Positions 36,381 through 46,032 of a DNA stretch of 64,000 bases are shown here, in pieces (positions within the stretch are counted from its first letter, which is position 1; the number at the start of each line of letters is the position of its first letter). This DNA comes from Escherichia phage ALITA. Position numbers and translations under genes: made by a program. Location: the sequence record PP359570, one strand, 5' to 3'. The notes below the pieces were generated by a model. That model was not told where the DNA came from and searched no databases. It worked only from the letters and a program-made list of their open reading frames with translations.

Positions 36381-36393
36381 GGAGTTACTCTTA

Positions 36394-37377
36394 ATGGCAA
36401 AGCCACAATACTACCCTGACTGGGCGACACAAACAGTAACCCTCCCAGGAACGGGAAACACAAACAAGATTAGACCAAAAGAAACCATCCGTAATGTTGG
36501 TATGGACTTTGGTCAGATTATGACTTGTGAAGAAATGAACTGGATCTTAAACAATATTGGGTCTTGGATTCGCTATATGCAAGATGAATTCTTCCCAACA
36601 TTGCCTACTACATATCTTCCTATAGTCGGTACTAAAATTACAATGGCAGGTGATGCTACAGGTGAAGTTACATGGAATGGTAATGCTGCTGTAACATTAT
36701 CTATTCAAGTCGTAGATAACAGCCATAATCACTTATCAGCTAACATTACAGACGCAACATCAAACCAAGTTGTAGGGAATGTCCTTGTTAAGCGTGATAA
36801 TGGTGGTGCTATCTATGCAGGCGATATTTATACCTGTGGTACAGGTGCTACAGATCCTGCAACATTATTTTTTAGAAACTACAACGGACAAACAGTAGGT
36901 AATATGTCCTCTGAACCAGGTGCAGGTGGTCAACTCTATATTTATAGAATGAACCCATCAACTGGAGGAACATCTTGTGCAGTCCGTTTATATGATGCAG
37001 GTTATGTTTTAATAGACAACCCTCGTTCTAATTCTGGTCAAGATACTGGTAATGGTAATGCTCTTGTAAGATTAGACTATCTTAACTCCAGACTAAACTC
37101 ATTGCAAAGCACACTGCAAAATAATATTAACAACGTTAATAGTAACTTGCAAGGCCAAATTAATAGCATTAACAATAGAGTTTCTTCTGTTGTGTCTGCT
37201 ATCCGTCTTGGAACACGTATCCAAGCTGGTGTGTCTGAGTCTCGTTTCTATGCTGGTCACGTGATCACAGGTTGGGGTTTTGGTGACAAGAAAGAACTTC
37301 GTGGTGCTTGGTATTGGTCAGCCCCGCTACAATATTATATTAATGGTAGCTGGATAACAGTAACCAACGTTTCGTAA
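36394..37377 (+). CDS. tail fibre protein
   Basis: 327-aa ORF with SD after baseplate genes; Gly/Asn-rich. Confidence 0.45.
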   Translation: MAKPQYYPDWATQTVTLPGTGNTNKIRPKETIRNVGMDFGQIMTCEEMNWILNNIGSWIRYMQDEFFPTLPTTYLPIVGTKITMAGDATGEVTWNGNAAVTLSIQVVDNSHNHLSANITDATSNQVVGNVLVKRDNGGAIYAGDIYTCGTGATDPATLFFRNYNGQTVGNMSSEPGAGGQLYIYRMNPSTGGTSCAVRLYDAGYVLIDNPRSNSGQDTGNGNALVRLDYLNSRLNSLQSTLQNNINNVNSNLQGQINSINNRVSSVVSAIRLGTRIQAGVSESRFYAGHVITGWGFGDKKELRGAWYWSAPLQYYINGSWITVTNVS

Positions 37378-37386
37378 GGAGAGTCT

Positions 37387-37938
37387 ATGAAAAAAGACAT
37401 TATTTTTACAGGTTTTGAATTGTATGAACCAGAATTAACAGAAGAAAATATTCTTTATCTTTCTGTTGGTGGTGGTTTTTTGCAAGACAAAGATGGTAAC
37501 GACTGGTATCAGCTTCAAAAAACTTTGATGGTAGAATATCCCGACGCTTATTTTATTACCTTAGATGATAATAATATTGTACGTGGTGCTACTAAAGATG
37601 TTACTACCTATTTCCCTGCCGGACAATCTATTTTAGTTACATATAATGTACCAGATAAAATAGAAGATGAAAGTAATATTGGCTCTTGGCAATATGTTGA
37701 AGGTAAGTTTGTTCCTCACAATAATCTTGCTATTGAAGATGCTACTCTTAGGTTAGAAAAGGAGCTAACTTGGGCTACGAATCAAGTATCTGCGATTCAA
37801 GATTTAGAGGAATTACAAGGTTTATCTGAAGAACAAAAAGATTGGTTAGGAAAAGTTAAACTCTATCGTGCAACATTAATTCAAATTAACGTTGAAGATG
37901 CACCTAATATAACTTGGCCTACAAGACCTAAGAAATAG
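37387..37938 (+). CDS. putative tail fibre assembly protein
   Basis: 183-aa ORF immediately after fibre gene. Confidence 0.35.
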   Translation: MKKDIIFTGFELYEPELTEENILYLSVGGGFLQDKDGNDWYQLQKTLMVEYPDAYFITLDDNNIVRGATKDVTTYFPAGQSILVTYNVPDKIEDESNIGSWQYVEGKFVPHNNLAIEDATLRLEKELTWATNQVSAIQDLEELQGLSEEQKDWLGKVKLYRATLIQINVEDAPNITWPTRPKK

Positions 37939-37947
37939 GGGCAATGT

Positions 37948-38289
37948 ATGGAGCTAACAGAAGTATGGGATATCGCTAAAGAGGCGATTATCCCTCTTAT
38001 TGGCGTAATCTGGGTGGTCTTCAAACAGAAGATAGATGATATGGCAAGTGATTTGGATAAAATGGAAGACAAATACCGCGAACTAGAAAAGAAGTTGGTG
38101 TTTGTTGAATCCACTTATGCTACCAAAGCAGAACTTGCTCAAATGCTTAACCAGATCAACTCTACATTAATGGCAAATAATACTGCCTTAGAACAGAAGA
38201 TTGAAAAAATAATGGATTTAAAAAATGCTCCTGTTCAATTAATGCTAGAGGAGATTACAAAGCGCACACAAAGTAAGGACAAAAATTAA
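37948..38289 (+). CDS. hypothetical protein (N-terminal TM helix plus coiled coil)
   Basis: 113-aa ORF. Confidence 0.35.
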   Translation: MELTEVWDIAKEAIIPLIGVIWVVFKQKIDDMASDLDKMEDKYRELEKKLVFVESTYATKAELAQMLNQINSTLMANNTALEQKIEKIMDLKNAPVQLMLEEITKRTQSKDKN

Positions 38290-40703
38290 TGGCGAATTTT
38301 CCAACATATCCTGCTACGACACTAGAACAAGGTGTTGATCTGGTTATATTCTCGTCTAACCAGATGCATGATGTTATTAATGGGGATGCTACAGCAACTG
38401 TAGAAACCGAAACAGGTTTAATACCTACACTGCGTAAAGCACTTGTTGATAACTTCTTCTTTAAGAGTCCTGTTGCTTGGTCAGCAGGATCAACTGAAAC
38501 TGTATTTAACCAGTTACGTTATTTTGAAAACGGTATCTTGAGTGGGTACTATTATGCCCCATCTGCCACTACTGCGAACCCTGTACCTATGCAGGGCACA
38601 CCTGTAGGGGACAGTAACTGGACTCTGTACGCTCTTAAAACTGAACAGTTAGCTTCAGATGTGTATCCTTGGTATTTTAAAGGTGCTACAGGATATGAAA
38701 CAGAAATCAGTCCTCCTTATATCTTTGATAATGCTATTGTCACCATTAACGGTGTAATTCAGATTCAAGGTGAAGCATTTACTATCAAAGATAGTAAAAT
38801 TATTCTGGCAGAACCATTAGGTTTAGATCCGTCTACTGGTCTACCTAACAAATTGTTTGCTTTTATTGGTAAAACAACAGCCTCTACTTCTTACGTAGAG
38901 AAAAACCTTTTGTCATCTACCACTGGTGCAGCAATGGTTGGTCTTCCATCTGGAGGCAACCTGTTACAAGCTCAATACTTTGTAACGCCTGAGCAGTTTG
39001 GTGCAATTGGTGATGGAGTTACCGATGATACTCAAGCAATTTTAAAAACTATTACTTTCGCTAACACGAATAACATTCAAGTACGTGCAGATAAGAATTA
39101 TAGATTCACAAGCTCAATTGCTATGTCTGGTATTCGTTGGTATGGTGGTACATTCACTGGTAACGGTGGAACAATGATTTCTACTGTGTCCTGTTGGATG
39201 GAAAACGTTCGCTTTGAAAAATGTTATGTTAAGATGTTAGGTGGTGATTGCCGATTCTATCGTAATATCTTCTCCAACGCAACATCTACAGCAGCATTCT
39301 TAATGCAAGCAATGACAAGTGAAGGTACGTTGGACTTCAGTTACAACGAAATGTATGGTTGTAAATATGCGATCCTGCAACAAGGTACTGGAGAAGTAAT
39401 GACCTACGGGCGTTACTCTAACAACTATATTCACGATATCAAAGGTGATGCTATTGAACTTAACGTAGTTCAAAAACACTACACTGAAGGTTTGATTATC
39501 GAGAATAACCACATTGCTAACGTAGATGCTTCTGGACAAGGTGCAAACTGGGGTATTGGTATTGGTGTAGCAGGTAGTGGCCCATATGGTGTTGATGTTC
39601 CTGATTCACAATATGTACGTAATTTCAGTATCGTTGGGAATAGGGTTTACAATTGCCGTCAATGTCTACACGTTGAAATGGGTAAAAACTTCACAATACG
39701 TGATAATGAAGTTTATCCTAACACAGCAGTTTCAACAGGTACAGGTTTAACTACTTGTGGTGTTGCATTATACGGATGCCAAGATTTTGAAGTTGATGGT
39801 TTAACTGGTTATCTGCTCAATGATCCGTCTGTTTCAACACGTATGGTCTTTATTGACTGGGGTGTTAACAGTGGAAGATATGCGGGGCCACCAATTAACT
39901 TTACAATTAAGAATTTGGATATTCCAGAATCTTCAATTGAGATTGCAACCTCTGGATCAGATGCTTGGGAAAACTCTACAATTGTTAGTAATATCAATTG
40001 TAATGTTTTTAAATGGCGTGGGCTACCATCTAGCTCTACTTTTAATAATATTCGTTGCCGTAGTATTGACTTTATTGGTCAACACGGAAGCGGAGAAGGA
40101 AGTGGTGGCGGTTTCTATACTCGCAGCCAATTCACGTATATGAAGTGGGTAGGATGTACAGCACTTAGCGGAGATGAAACAACAGTTTCTTTTGCTAAAA
40201 TCTACACTGATCGTTGCGATCAGGTTGGAAATAACTTTGGTGTTCCAACTGCTGTTGATGGTACAGGTCATCGTGGGCCAGTTTTAACTACTATTTCTGA
40301 ACAATATTTTACAGCTTATGATGAATTCCCAGGTGGGCGTGAATTCCCTACTGGAACAGTTATTCATTGTGCAAGCGGTAAAAAACATGTTGTTACAGTA
40401 GGTGGTGCTTTCTTTAGTGCCAACGAGAAAATAAAAGCAACTGTTACAGGTCAAACCTATCTACAGTCTAATGCTTTAAACTGGGCTAGTAATGGCTACG
40501 CTAAAGCAGCAGGTACTAAGATTGTTATTCCAGGTGCAGGTGCAAATGGCGGCGATCTTGTGACAACTATAGCACGTGCTACATATGTGACAAATAGTTT
40601 GTACACAATAGATATTGCAGATCCAATTGTAACACCTACAGCAGAGAATACACAAATTAAAGCTCTGAATCCTGTTACTTTTGTTACTGTCAACAATGCT
40701 TAA
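38289..40703 (+). CDS. tailspike with pectate-lyase-like right-handed beta-helix domain (putative depolymerase)
   Basis: 804-aa ORF; segment GAIGDGVTDDTQAILKTI typical of the N-terminus of pectate-lyase-superfamily beta-helix domains. Confidence 0.55.
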   Translation: MANFPTYPATTLEQGVDLVIFSSNQMHDVINGDATATVETETGLIPTLRKALVDNFFFKSPVAWSAGSTETVFNQLRYFENGILSGYYYAPSATTANPVPMQGTPVGDSNWTLYALKTEQLASDVYPWYFKGATGYETEISPPYIFDNAIVTINGVIQIQGEAFTIKDSKIILAEPLGLDPSTGLPNKLFAFIGKTTASTSYVEKNLLSSTTGAAMVGLPSGGNLLQAQYFVTPEQFGAIGDGVTDDTQAILKTITFANTNNIQVRADKNYRFTSSIAMSGIRWYGGTFTGNGGTMISTVSCWMENVRFEKCYVKMLGGDCRFYRNIFSNATSTAAFLMQAMTSEGTLDFSYNEMYGCKYAILQQGTGEVMTYGRYSNNYIHDIKGDAIELNVVQKHYTEGLIIENNHIANVDASGQGANWGIGIGVAGSGPYGVDVPDSQYVRNFSIVGNRVYNCRQCLHVEMGKNFTIRDNEVYPNTAVSTGTGLTTCGVALYGCQDFEVDGLTGYLLNDPSVSTRMVFIDWGVNSGRYAGPPINFTIKNLDIPESSIEIATSGSDAWENSTIVSNINCNVFKWRGLPSSSTFNNIRCRSIDFIGQHGSGEGSGGGFYTRSQFTYMKWVGCTALSGDETTVSFAKIYTDRCDQVGNNFGVPTAVDGTGHRGPVLTTISEQYFTAYDEFPGGREFPTGTVIHCASGKKHVVTVGGAFFSANEKIKATVTGQTYLQSNALNWASNGYAKAAGTKIVIPGAGANGGDLVTTIARATYVTNSLYTIDIADPIVTPTAENTQIKALNPVTFVTVNNA

Positions 40704-40707
40704 TTAA

Positions 40708-40730
40708 AAAGGGGCGAAAGCCCCTTTATA
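40708..40730 (+). terminator. rho-independent terminator
   Basis: GGGGC-GAAA-GCCCC followed by TTTATAAAA. Confidence 0.5.
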
Positions 40731-40744
40731 AAAGGAGTAGTAAA

Positions 40745-42706
40745 GTGATTTTAACACGTCCAAATAGTGCCATTGCAGACATGGTAGAGTCTCGCTATAG
40801 AAAGCGTAGAAGTTTTGCAAGTGGTTTTACCTTAAGAGATGCTCGTGAAGCATTGCTCTTTGAAACTGACGGTAACTACTATCAGTGGAAAGGTTCTCTA
40901 CCTAAAGTTGTACCTGCTAACTCTACTCCTACATCTACTGGAGGGATTTCAGATACAGCTTGGAAAAATGTGGGTAATGCAGATGACATTGCTCAAATAG
41001 AATCAGAATTAGATGCTATTGAAGCTGAAATTGAAGATCTTAGAGAATCCATTCCAGAGGCTGGTAAATCAGCTTACCAGATTGCCGTAGACAATGGTTT
41101 CCAAGGTACTGAGACAGAGTGGTTGGCTTCTTTAAAAGGTGATCCAGGTGCTCCATTAAAGCTGCTAGGGACGCTATCTAATACCAACCAATTACCTACA
41201 ACTGGAAACAATGCAGGAGATGCATGGATTGTAGGCGAGAATATGTATGCTTGGGATGGTACGGCTTGGAGAAAAGTAAACTCACAGGGGCCAGAAGGTA
41301 AATCCGCTTATCAAGTTTGGCTTGCAGCAGGAAACCAAGGTACAGAACTAGATTATCTTGCTTCAATTAAAGGTGATAAAGGGGAGCCTGGCCCAGAGGG
41401 GCCACAAGGTGTGCCAGGTAACAATGCTAATGGTTTTGATTACCAAGGTGCAGCTAATTCCGTTTCAGATCTTCCTTCTGCATCTCCTGGAAACACATCT
41501 CAAGCATGGAGTATTGGTACATATCTATACGTGTCAAACGGTGTAGAATGGATCAATATGGGTGCTATAGTGGGGCCAAAAGGAGATAAAGGCGACAAAG
41601 GAGATAAGGGTAACACTGGTGATTCTGCTTATCAAGTCTGGTTAAATGCTGGTAACGTTGGTACTATTGACGAATATATTGCCTCTCTGAAAGGAGAAAA
41701 AGGTGATAAGGGAGACAAGGGTGATCAAGGTGAGCAGGGTATACAAGGCTTGACGGGGCCAACTGGTGCAGGGTTGACCATTATTGATATTCTGACTGAC
41801 ACTTCTGAACTACCAGGAACTGGAGAAGATGGTGATGGTTATCTGATCAATAATGAACTTTGGGTTTGGTTGCAAGGAGCCACACAGTGGACAAATGTTG
41901 GTCGTTTAGCTGGTACTCCAATCACTGCAAAAGGACACGTTGCGTCTGCAAGTGCACTTCCTCCTACATCCAATTACGGTGATGCTTATCTGACGGAAGA
42001 TACAGGTCATCTTTACATTTACACCTATGATGAACAAACTCAAACTGCTGAATATGTAGATATGGGTAGTTTGAAAGGTGATAAGGGTGAGAAAGGTGAC
42101 GCTGGTACTAACGGTACGGATGGTGCAACTTGGATTGTTAAAACAACAGATCCAATCTCTAGTGATGGTAAACAAGGTGATTATGCCTTTAATATCTCCA
42201 CTGGCGAGGTGTTCTTAAAAACATCTGCAACTGTCTGGACTTCTCAAGGTACACTACCTAGCATCACAGATGCACCTAGTGACGGTAAGATCTATGCTCG
42301 TAAAGATGGAGCATGGGAAGAACTCACTAGTTCTGTAGATGGTCAAGATATAGTTCCAACAAAAGTAACAACTAATTTTATAGAGGTTACAGCATACACC
42401 AACAACTCTGTTACAGGGGACTGGACACCTCCAGGAACACATAACATGAATGTGTTGAATCTTACTGGTAACTCTACTATAAAAGCATGGCCTGGTGTCG
42501 AAGATAGCACAAAACCTAAACCATTCTCTGCAATAGTTTATCTTATCCAAGATGCCACTGGGGGTCATACTGTTACTTTAGATCCATCTTACAAAGTAAT
42601 TGGTTCTAGTGATATTAATACAGATCCTAACGGAGTAACAATACTACAACTAACATATTGTGGTGTTGGTGATTACGTGGATGCTATTGTTGCTAAACGC
42701 ACATAA
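40745..42706 (+). CDS. tail fibre protein with collagen-like G-X-Y repeats
   Basis: 653-aa ORF; runs such as GDKGEPGPEGPQGVPG, GPKGDKGDKGDKGNTGD, KGEKGDKGDKGDQGEQGIQGLTGPTGAG; three copies of a GKSAYQ...SLKG module. Confidence 0.65.
   Translation: MILTRPNSAIADMVESRYRKRRSFASGFTLRDAREALLFETDGNYYQWKGSLPKVVPANSTPTSTGGISDTAWKNVGNADDIAQIESELDAIEAEIEDLRESIPEAGKSAYQIAVDNGFQGTETEWLASLKGDPGAPLKLLGTLSNTNQLPTTGNNAGDAWIVGENMYAWDGTAWRKVNSQGPEGKSAYQVWLAAGNQGTELDYLASIKGDKGEPGPEGPQGVPGNNANGFDYQGAANSVSDLPSASPGNTSQAWSIGTYLYVSNGVEWINMGAIVGPKGDKGDKGDKGNTGDSAYQVWLNAGNVGTIDEYIASLKGEKGDKGDKGDQGEQGIQGLTGPTGAGLTIIDILTDTSELPGTGEDGDGYLINNELWVWLQGATQWTNVGRLAGTPITAKGHVASASALPPTSNYGDAYLTEDTGHLYIYTYDEQTQTAEYVDMGSLKGDKGEKGDAGTNGTDGATWIVKTTDPISSDGKQGDYAFNISTGEVFLKTSATVWTSQGTLPSITDAPSDGKIYARKDGAWEELTSSVDGQDIVPTKVTTNFIEVTAYTNNSVTGDWTPPGTHNMNVLNLTGNSTIKAWPGVEDSTKPKPFSAIVYLIQDATGGHTVTLDPSYKVIGSSDINTDPNGVTILQLTYCGVGDYVDAIVAKRT
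41063..42130 (+). repeat. intragenic collagen-like triplet repeats and tripled module within tail fibre gene
   Basis: Repeated ggtgataaRggNgaN DNA units and three SAYQ-module copies near 41065, 41296, 41618. Confidence 0.55.
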
Positions 42707-42707
42707 T

Positions 42708-42734
42708 CAAAGCCCCTTCGGGGGCTTATTGTTT
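42708..42734 (+). terminator. rho-independent terminator
   Basis: AGCCCC-TTCG-GGGGCT followed by TATTGTTT. Confidence 0.55.
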
Positions 42735-42745
42735 AAGGAGATTAA

Positions 42746-44905
42746 ATGTATCCTATTCCTTTATTTATGTCAACAACATCAGCTTCAGTAGTAACAGCTA
42801 CATCTATAACTACTTCCTCTATTGGTATTGCAATAGTTGGTGGTAAAAAACAACTGACATACACAGTTACACCCGAAGATGGTGCGTTATTTGATATAGC
42901 TTTTTCATCTTCAGATGATACCAAAATGGTTATAGATAATAGTGGTATGATGGAGTTTGTTGCCGAAGGTGGTTTTGATGCAATAATGACAGCTAAAAAT
43001 AATTTAGGTGCTGTCTTAACTGATCAATCTGGTGGTTATGCTTCAGAATTAAGTGTGTACACTGAAAGTCTATCGGCTATGGATGTAGGCACTACTCAAC
43101 AGTTGGTTGCTACAATCAGTCCAGAAGGTGCTAAAGACCTTCCAGATATGGTAATTACATACACCACAACAGATCCAGAAGTAGCTACTGTAAGCCCTAC
43201 AGGGTTAATAACTGCTCTTAAAGATGGCGGTTGCCGTATAGGTTGTACTGCAACGTATCAAGGAACAGTTGTGGCCTCTGATAGTTCTTATTTAGGTGTT
43301 AATGCTATTCCTGTTATTTCTAATGTAACAGCCGTGGCAAACAGCTATGGAGACGTTCGTGTTGCTTGGGATGTAGCTGATCCGCTAGACGGTGATACTT
43401 ATACTGTAGAAGTATTAGATTTAAGTAATAATAGTGTTCAGTGGACTACAACAACCACGAATACTTACGCCTACTTTGATATCTCTGACTCTATTCCTCT
43501 TTATGGGTTTGCTCCAACATACCTTAAAATTAGCGTTAAGAGCACCAAAGCAGCAGCCGTTATCTTTAATAACTCAATAGCTACAGATGATTCGTTCATT
43601 AAAGAAGTTATTGTCTTTGCTGGACAAGATAACGTAAATGCACACTTTACAGAACTATCTGGTGCAAATAAAGCAGCAATGGGTAGCACAACAGCCCGTA
43701 ATGCATATGCTACGCAACGTGGTTTAGCAAATGCTGAAGTTCTTCCGTTAAATACAGCTTCTGGATCATCAGCAGCAGATAAATATGCTGACGATAAAGC
43801 TGGAACAGGTACACCAGATAACTACTGGTATGATTTGGATAACACAGCAGATGGGCCATGCTTAACTAACTTTATCACTAAAGTCACACCTTATGCAAGT
43901 AAGGTTAAAGCAATTATTTGGGGACAAGGTGAAAATGATGCTGTATCAGCATCTTCGACTGTTGCAGGTAGGTACAGTAACACTACACGTTACCATGATG
44001 CTACGATAGCTATCTTTGATAAGATGCGTACAATAGTTCCTGCTTCTCAAGCAAAAATTGTTTGGCAGATCCTAGGACGTTCTTATTTATATGGTGTAGA
44101 AGTTAATGGTGTGGATTGGCAGAAGTACAGAAATGTACAAAGAACCATCTCTACAGCACGTGATGATGTTATCATTGGTTCTTGGGTAGATGGTGCTGAA
44201 CGTTACAGTGGTTATGTTTATGAAGAAGGTATTGATGGTCGTATCCATTATGTTTCTTCTGTATACCAAACAGCAGCTACAAAACTTGCTAAATCAGCAG
44301 CAGACGGTACAGACTTAACATCAACGTCACCTGTTTGGGTTGATATGGCTGTTCCAACTGGAGCAACAGCTACTTCCCAACCTAATCAAGATACAATTTT
44401 AGCATGGGATGCTCAAGGCTATAGTAAACACTACTTCCGTAATATTAACGTCTTAACCGCATCTGTATTAACTGAACAAACGCTTAATACGAACAGTTAT
44501 ACGTTTACCTATGCAGATCAAGTAGAACAATATGGTTTTGCAGCAGGAACTACTATATTTGATGTTGCATATTATGACGAAGCAAATGATGTGTTATCTC
44601 CTTTAGTACGTTTTAATGTTAACGTTACAGCAGGAACCGTAGAAGATAAACCTGTCGTGATGGACTATGATTTGACGCAAGAAACTCTTCCATCAGATGT
44701 TAAGGTTAATGGTGGGAACTCTTTTGCTCGTGCTTCTGGAGATATACTTGTAGCCACTAACACCTTGGTTGCTCCGTTGGAGTATGTTGGTAATACCCCT
44801 GTAGGTAGACGTGTAACAGCTAACACAGCTTCACAAATTTTTGTCAACAACGCCTTAACAAGTGCAAGCCCGTGGGTAAAGACCAACTTAACTGTTGCAG
44901 CTTAA
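42746..44905 (+). CDS. tail fibre / tailspike with SASA-type (SGNH-like) carbohydrate esterase domain
   Basis: 719-aa ORF; esterase-like motifs VIVFAGQDNVNAHF and KAIIWGQGENDA in the central region; Ig-like N-terminal region. Confidence 0.5.
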   Translation: MYPIPLFMSTTSASVVTATSITTSSIGIAIVGGKKQLTYTVTPEDGALFDIAFSSSDDTKMVIDNSGMMEFVAEGGFDAIMTAKNNLGAVLTDQSGGYASELSVYTESLSAMDVGTTQQLVATISPEGAKDLPDMVITYTTTDPEVATVSPTGLITALKDGGCRIGCTATYQGTVVASDSSYLGVNAIPVISNVTAVANSYGDVRVAWDVADPLDGDTYTVEVLDLSNNSVQWTTTTTNTYAYFDISDSIPLYGFAPTYLKISVKSTKAAAVIFNNSIATDDSFIKEVIVFAGQDNVNAHFTELSGANKAAMGSTTARNAYATQRGLANAEVLPLNTASGSSAADKYADDKAGTGTPDNYWYDLDNTADGPCLTNFITKVTPYASKVKAIIWGQGENDAVSASSTVAGRYSNTTRYHDATIAIFDKMRTIVPASQAKIVWQILGRSYLYGVEVNGVDWQKYRNVQRTISTARDDVIIGSWVDGAERYSGYVYEEGIDGRIHYVSSVYQTAATKLAKSAADGTDLTSTSPVWVDMAVPTGATATSQPNQDTILAWDAQGYSKHYFRNINVLTASVLTEQTLNTNSYTFTYADQVEQYGFAAGTTIFDVAYYDEANDVLSPLVRFNVNVTAGTVEDKPVVMDYDLTQETLPSDVKVNGGNSFARASGDILVATNTLVAPLEYVGNTPVGRRVTANTASQIFVNNALTSASPWVKTNLTVAA

Positions 44906-45046
44906 TCTGATAAATCTCCGGCTGGAACTACTGCCAATGTATTCAAATTAACTCCGACTACAACCTCTGGTAGTCATATCTTAACTGCAACATATACTAA
45001 CGCGTACAACATATCTGCCGGACGTAACTGGTCTGCCTCTGTTTTC

Positions 45047-45565
45047 TTGAAAGCGAACGGGATCACTAAGGCCAAACTAAGATTAAAAGCAGGAACTGAA
45101 GTTAATGAGGGTACTTTTGATTTAGCAGCAGGTACATTCACAGGAAGTGAAGCTAATATTATATCTATGGGCAACGGTTGGTATCGTGCTATTCTGCATA
45201 AAACAGGGATAGCCAAACAGTCCTCCATAAGTTTTGAAATAATTGCCTTGGATGCAACTGGTGCGGAGATTTTCGCTGGAGATGGTACTAGTAACCTTGC
45301 AGTTTGGTTGCCACAGCTTGAAGGTGCTTCTACAGGAGAAACATCAAAAGCTGGATCGCCTTATGTCTGCACATATCCTGGAAATTTAGGAGGAGTATCC
45401 TTCACTATACCAAGGAACGGACATACTGGTGTGGATGTTTACTATTCCAACGGAGACGTTGTTCGTGACGTATTCTCTGGTACGGCATCTACTTGGACAA
45501 TAAACTACTCCAGCTTGTACGATTGGGGATCAGTCTTTATTACAGGTTTGAAATATTACGACTAA
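45047..45565 (+). CDS. ORF in the same frame as the upstream tail fibre gene, separated only by a TAA (possible read-through extension, C-terminal domain gene or pseudogenised 3' part)
   Basis: 44906-45046 contains 47 sense codons in frame with 42746..44905; first conventional start is TTG 45047 without SD. Confidence 0.3.
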   Translation: MKANGITKAKLRLKAGTEVNEGTFDLAAGTFTGSEANIISMGNGWYRAILHKTGIAKQSSISFEIIALDATGAEIFAGDGTSNLAVWLPQLEGASTGETSKAGSPYVCTYPGNLGGVSFTIPRNGHTGVDVYYSNGDVVRDVFSGTASTWTINYSSLYDWGSVFITGLKYYD

Positions 45566-45567
45566 TA

Positions 45568-45597
45568 AAAAAGGAGCCATTAGGCTCCTTTTCTTTT
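45568..45597. terminator. bidirectional rho-independent terminator between convergent gene blocks
   Basis: AAGGAGCC-ATTA-GGCTCCTT hairpin flanked by AAAAA upstream and TTCTTTT downstream. Confidence 0.65.
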
Positions 45598-45600
45598 ATC

Positions 45601-46032
45601 TTAGTCAGTGAAAATTACGCTTACATCTTCTTTAGAAAAGAGTTTATGATCTTCACCTTTTGTCTCAAGAGTTTCATACAGATTAAGAAGTTCTGAAACA
45701 TCTTTCTCTACCAGTTTCTTCAATGTTGCAATTTTCTGTTTGCGACTCTTAATACGTTCAGCTACAACCTTACGCTGGTATCCGGCAGTACGATAACCTG
45801 AGAAAGTTACACCAGTAAGGCTTGCAGTCACAGGATCGTAGTGACGTTCAATCTGAAACTTATTAAAAGGTACAGCGTCATCACGAATAATCTTACCGCC
45901 ATTACTTACCTGACGAAGACCAGTAACTTGCTCCAGTCGTGCCATAGAAATCTTTGGAGACAGACCAGAGTCCAGGTTCATACCATTGTTAATCAGTGCT
46001 TTCAGGGTGATTTTGCTGTTCAGTGTACTCAT
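45601..46032 (-). CDS. hypothetical protein
   Basis: 143-aa ORF; 5' end overlaps methyltransferase gene 3' end by 44 nt. Confidence 0.45.
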   Translation of the reverse strand: MSTLNSKITLKALINNGMNLDSGLSPKISMARLEQVTGLRQVSNGGKIIRDDAVPFNKFQIERHYDPVTASLTGVTFSGYRTAGYQRKVVAERIKSRKQKIATLKKLVEKDVSELLNLYETLETKGEDHKLFSKEDVSVIFTD

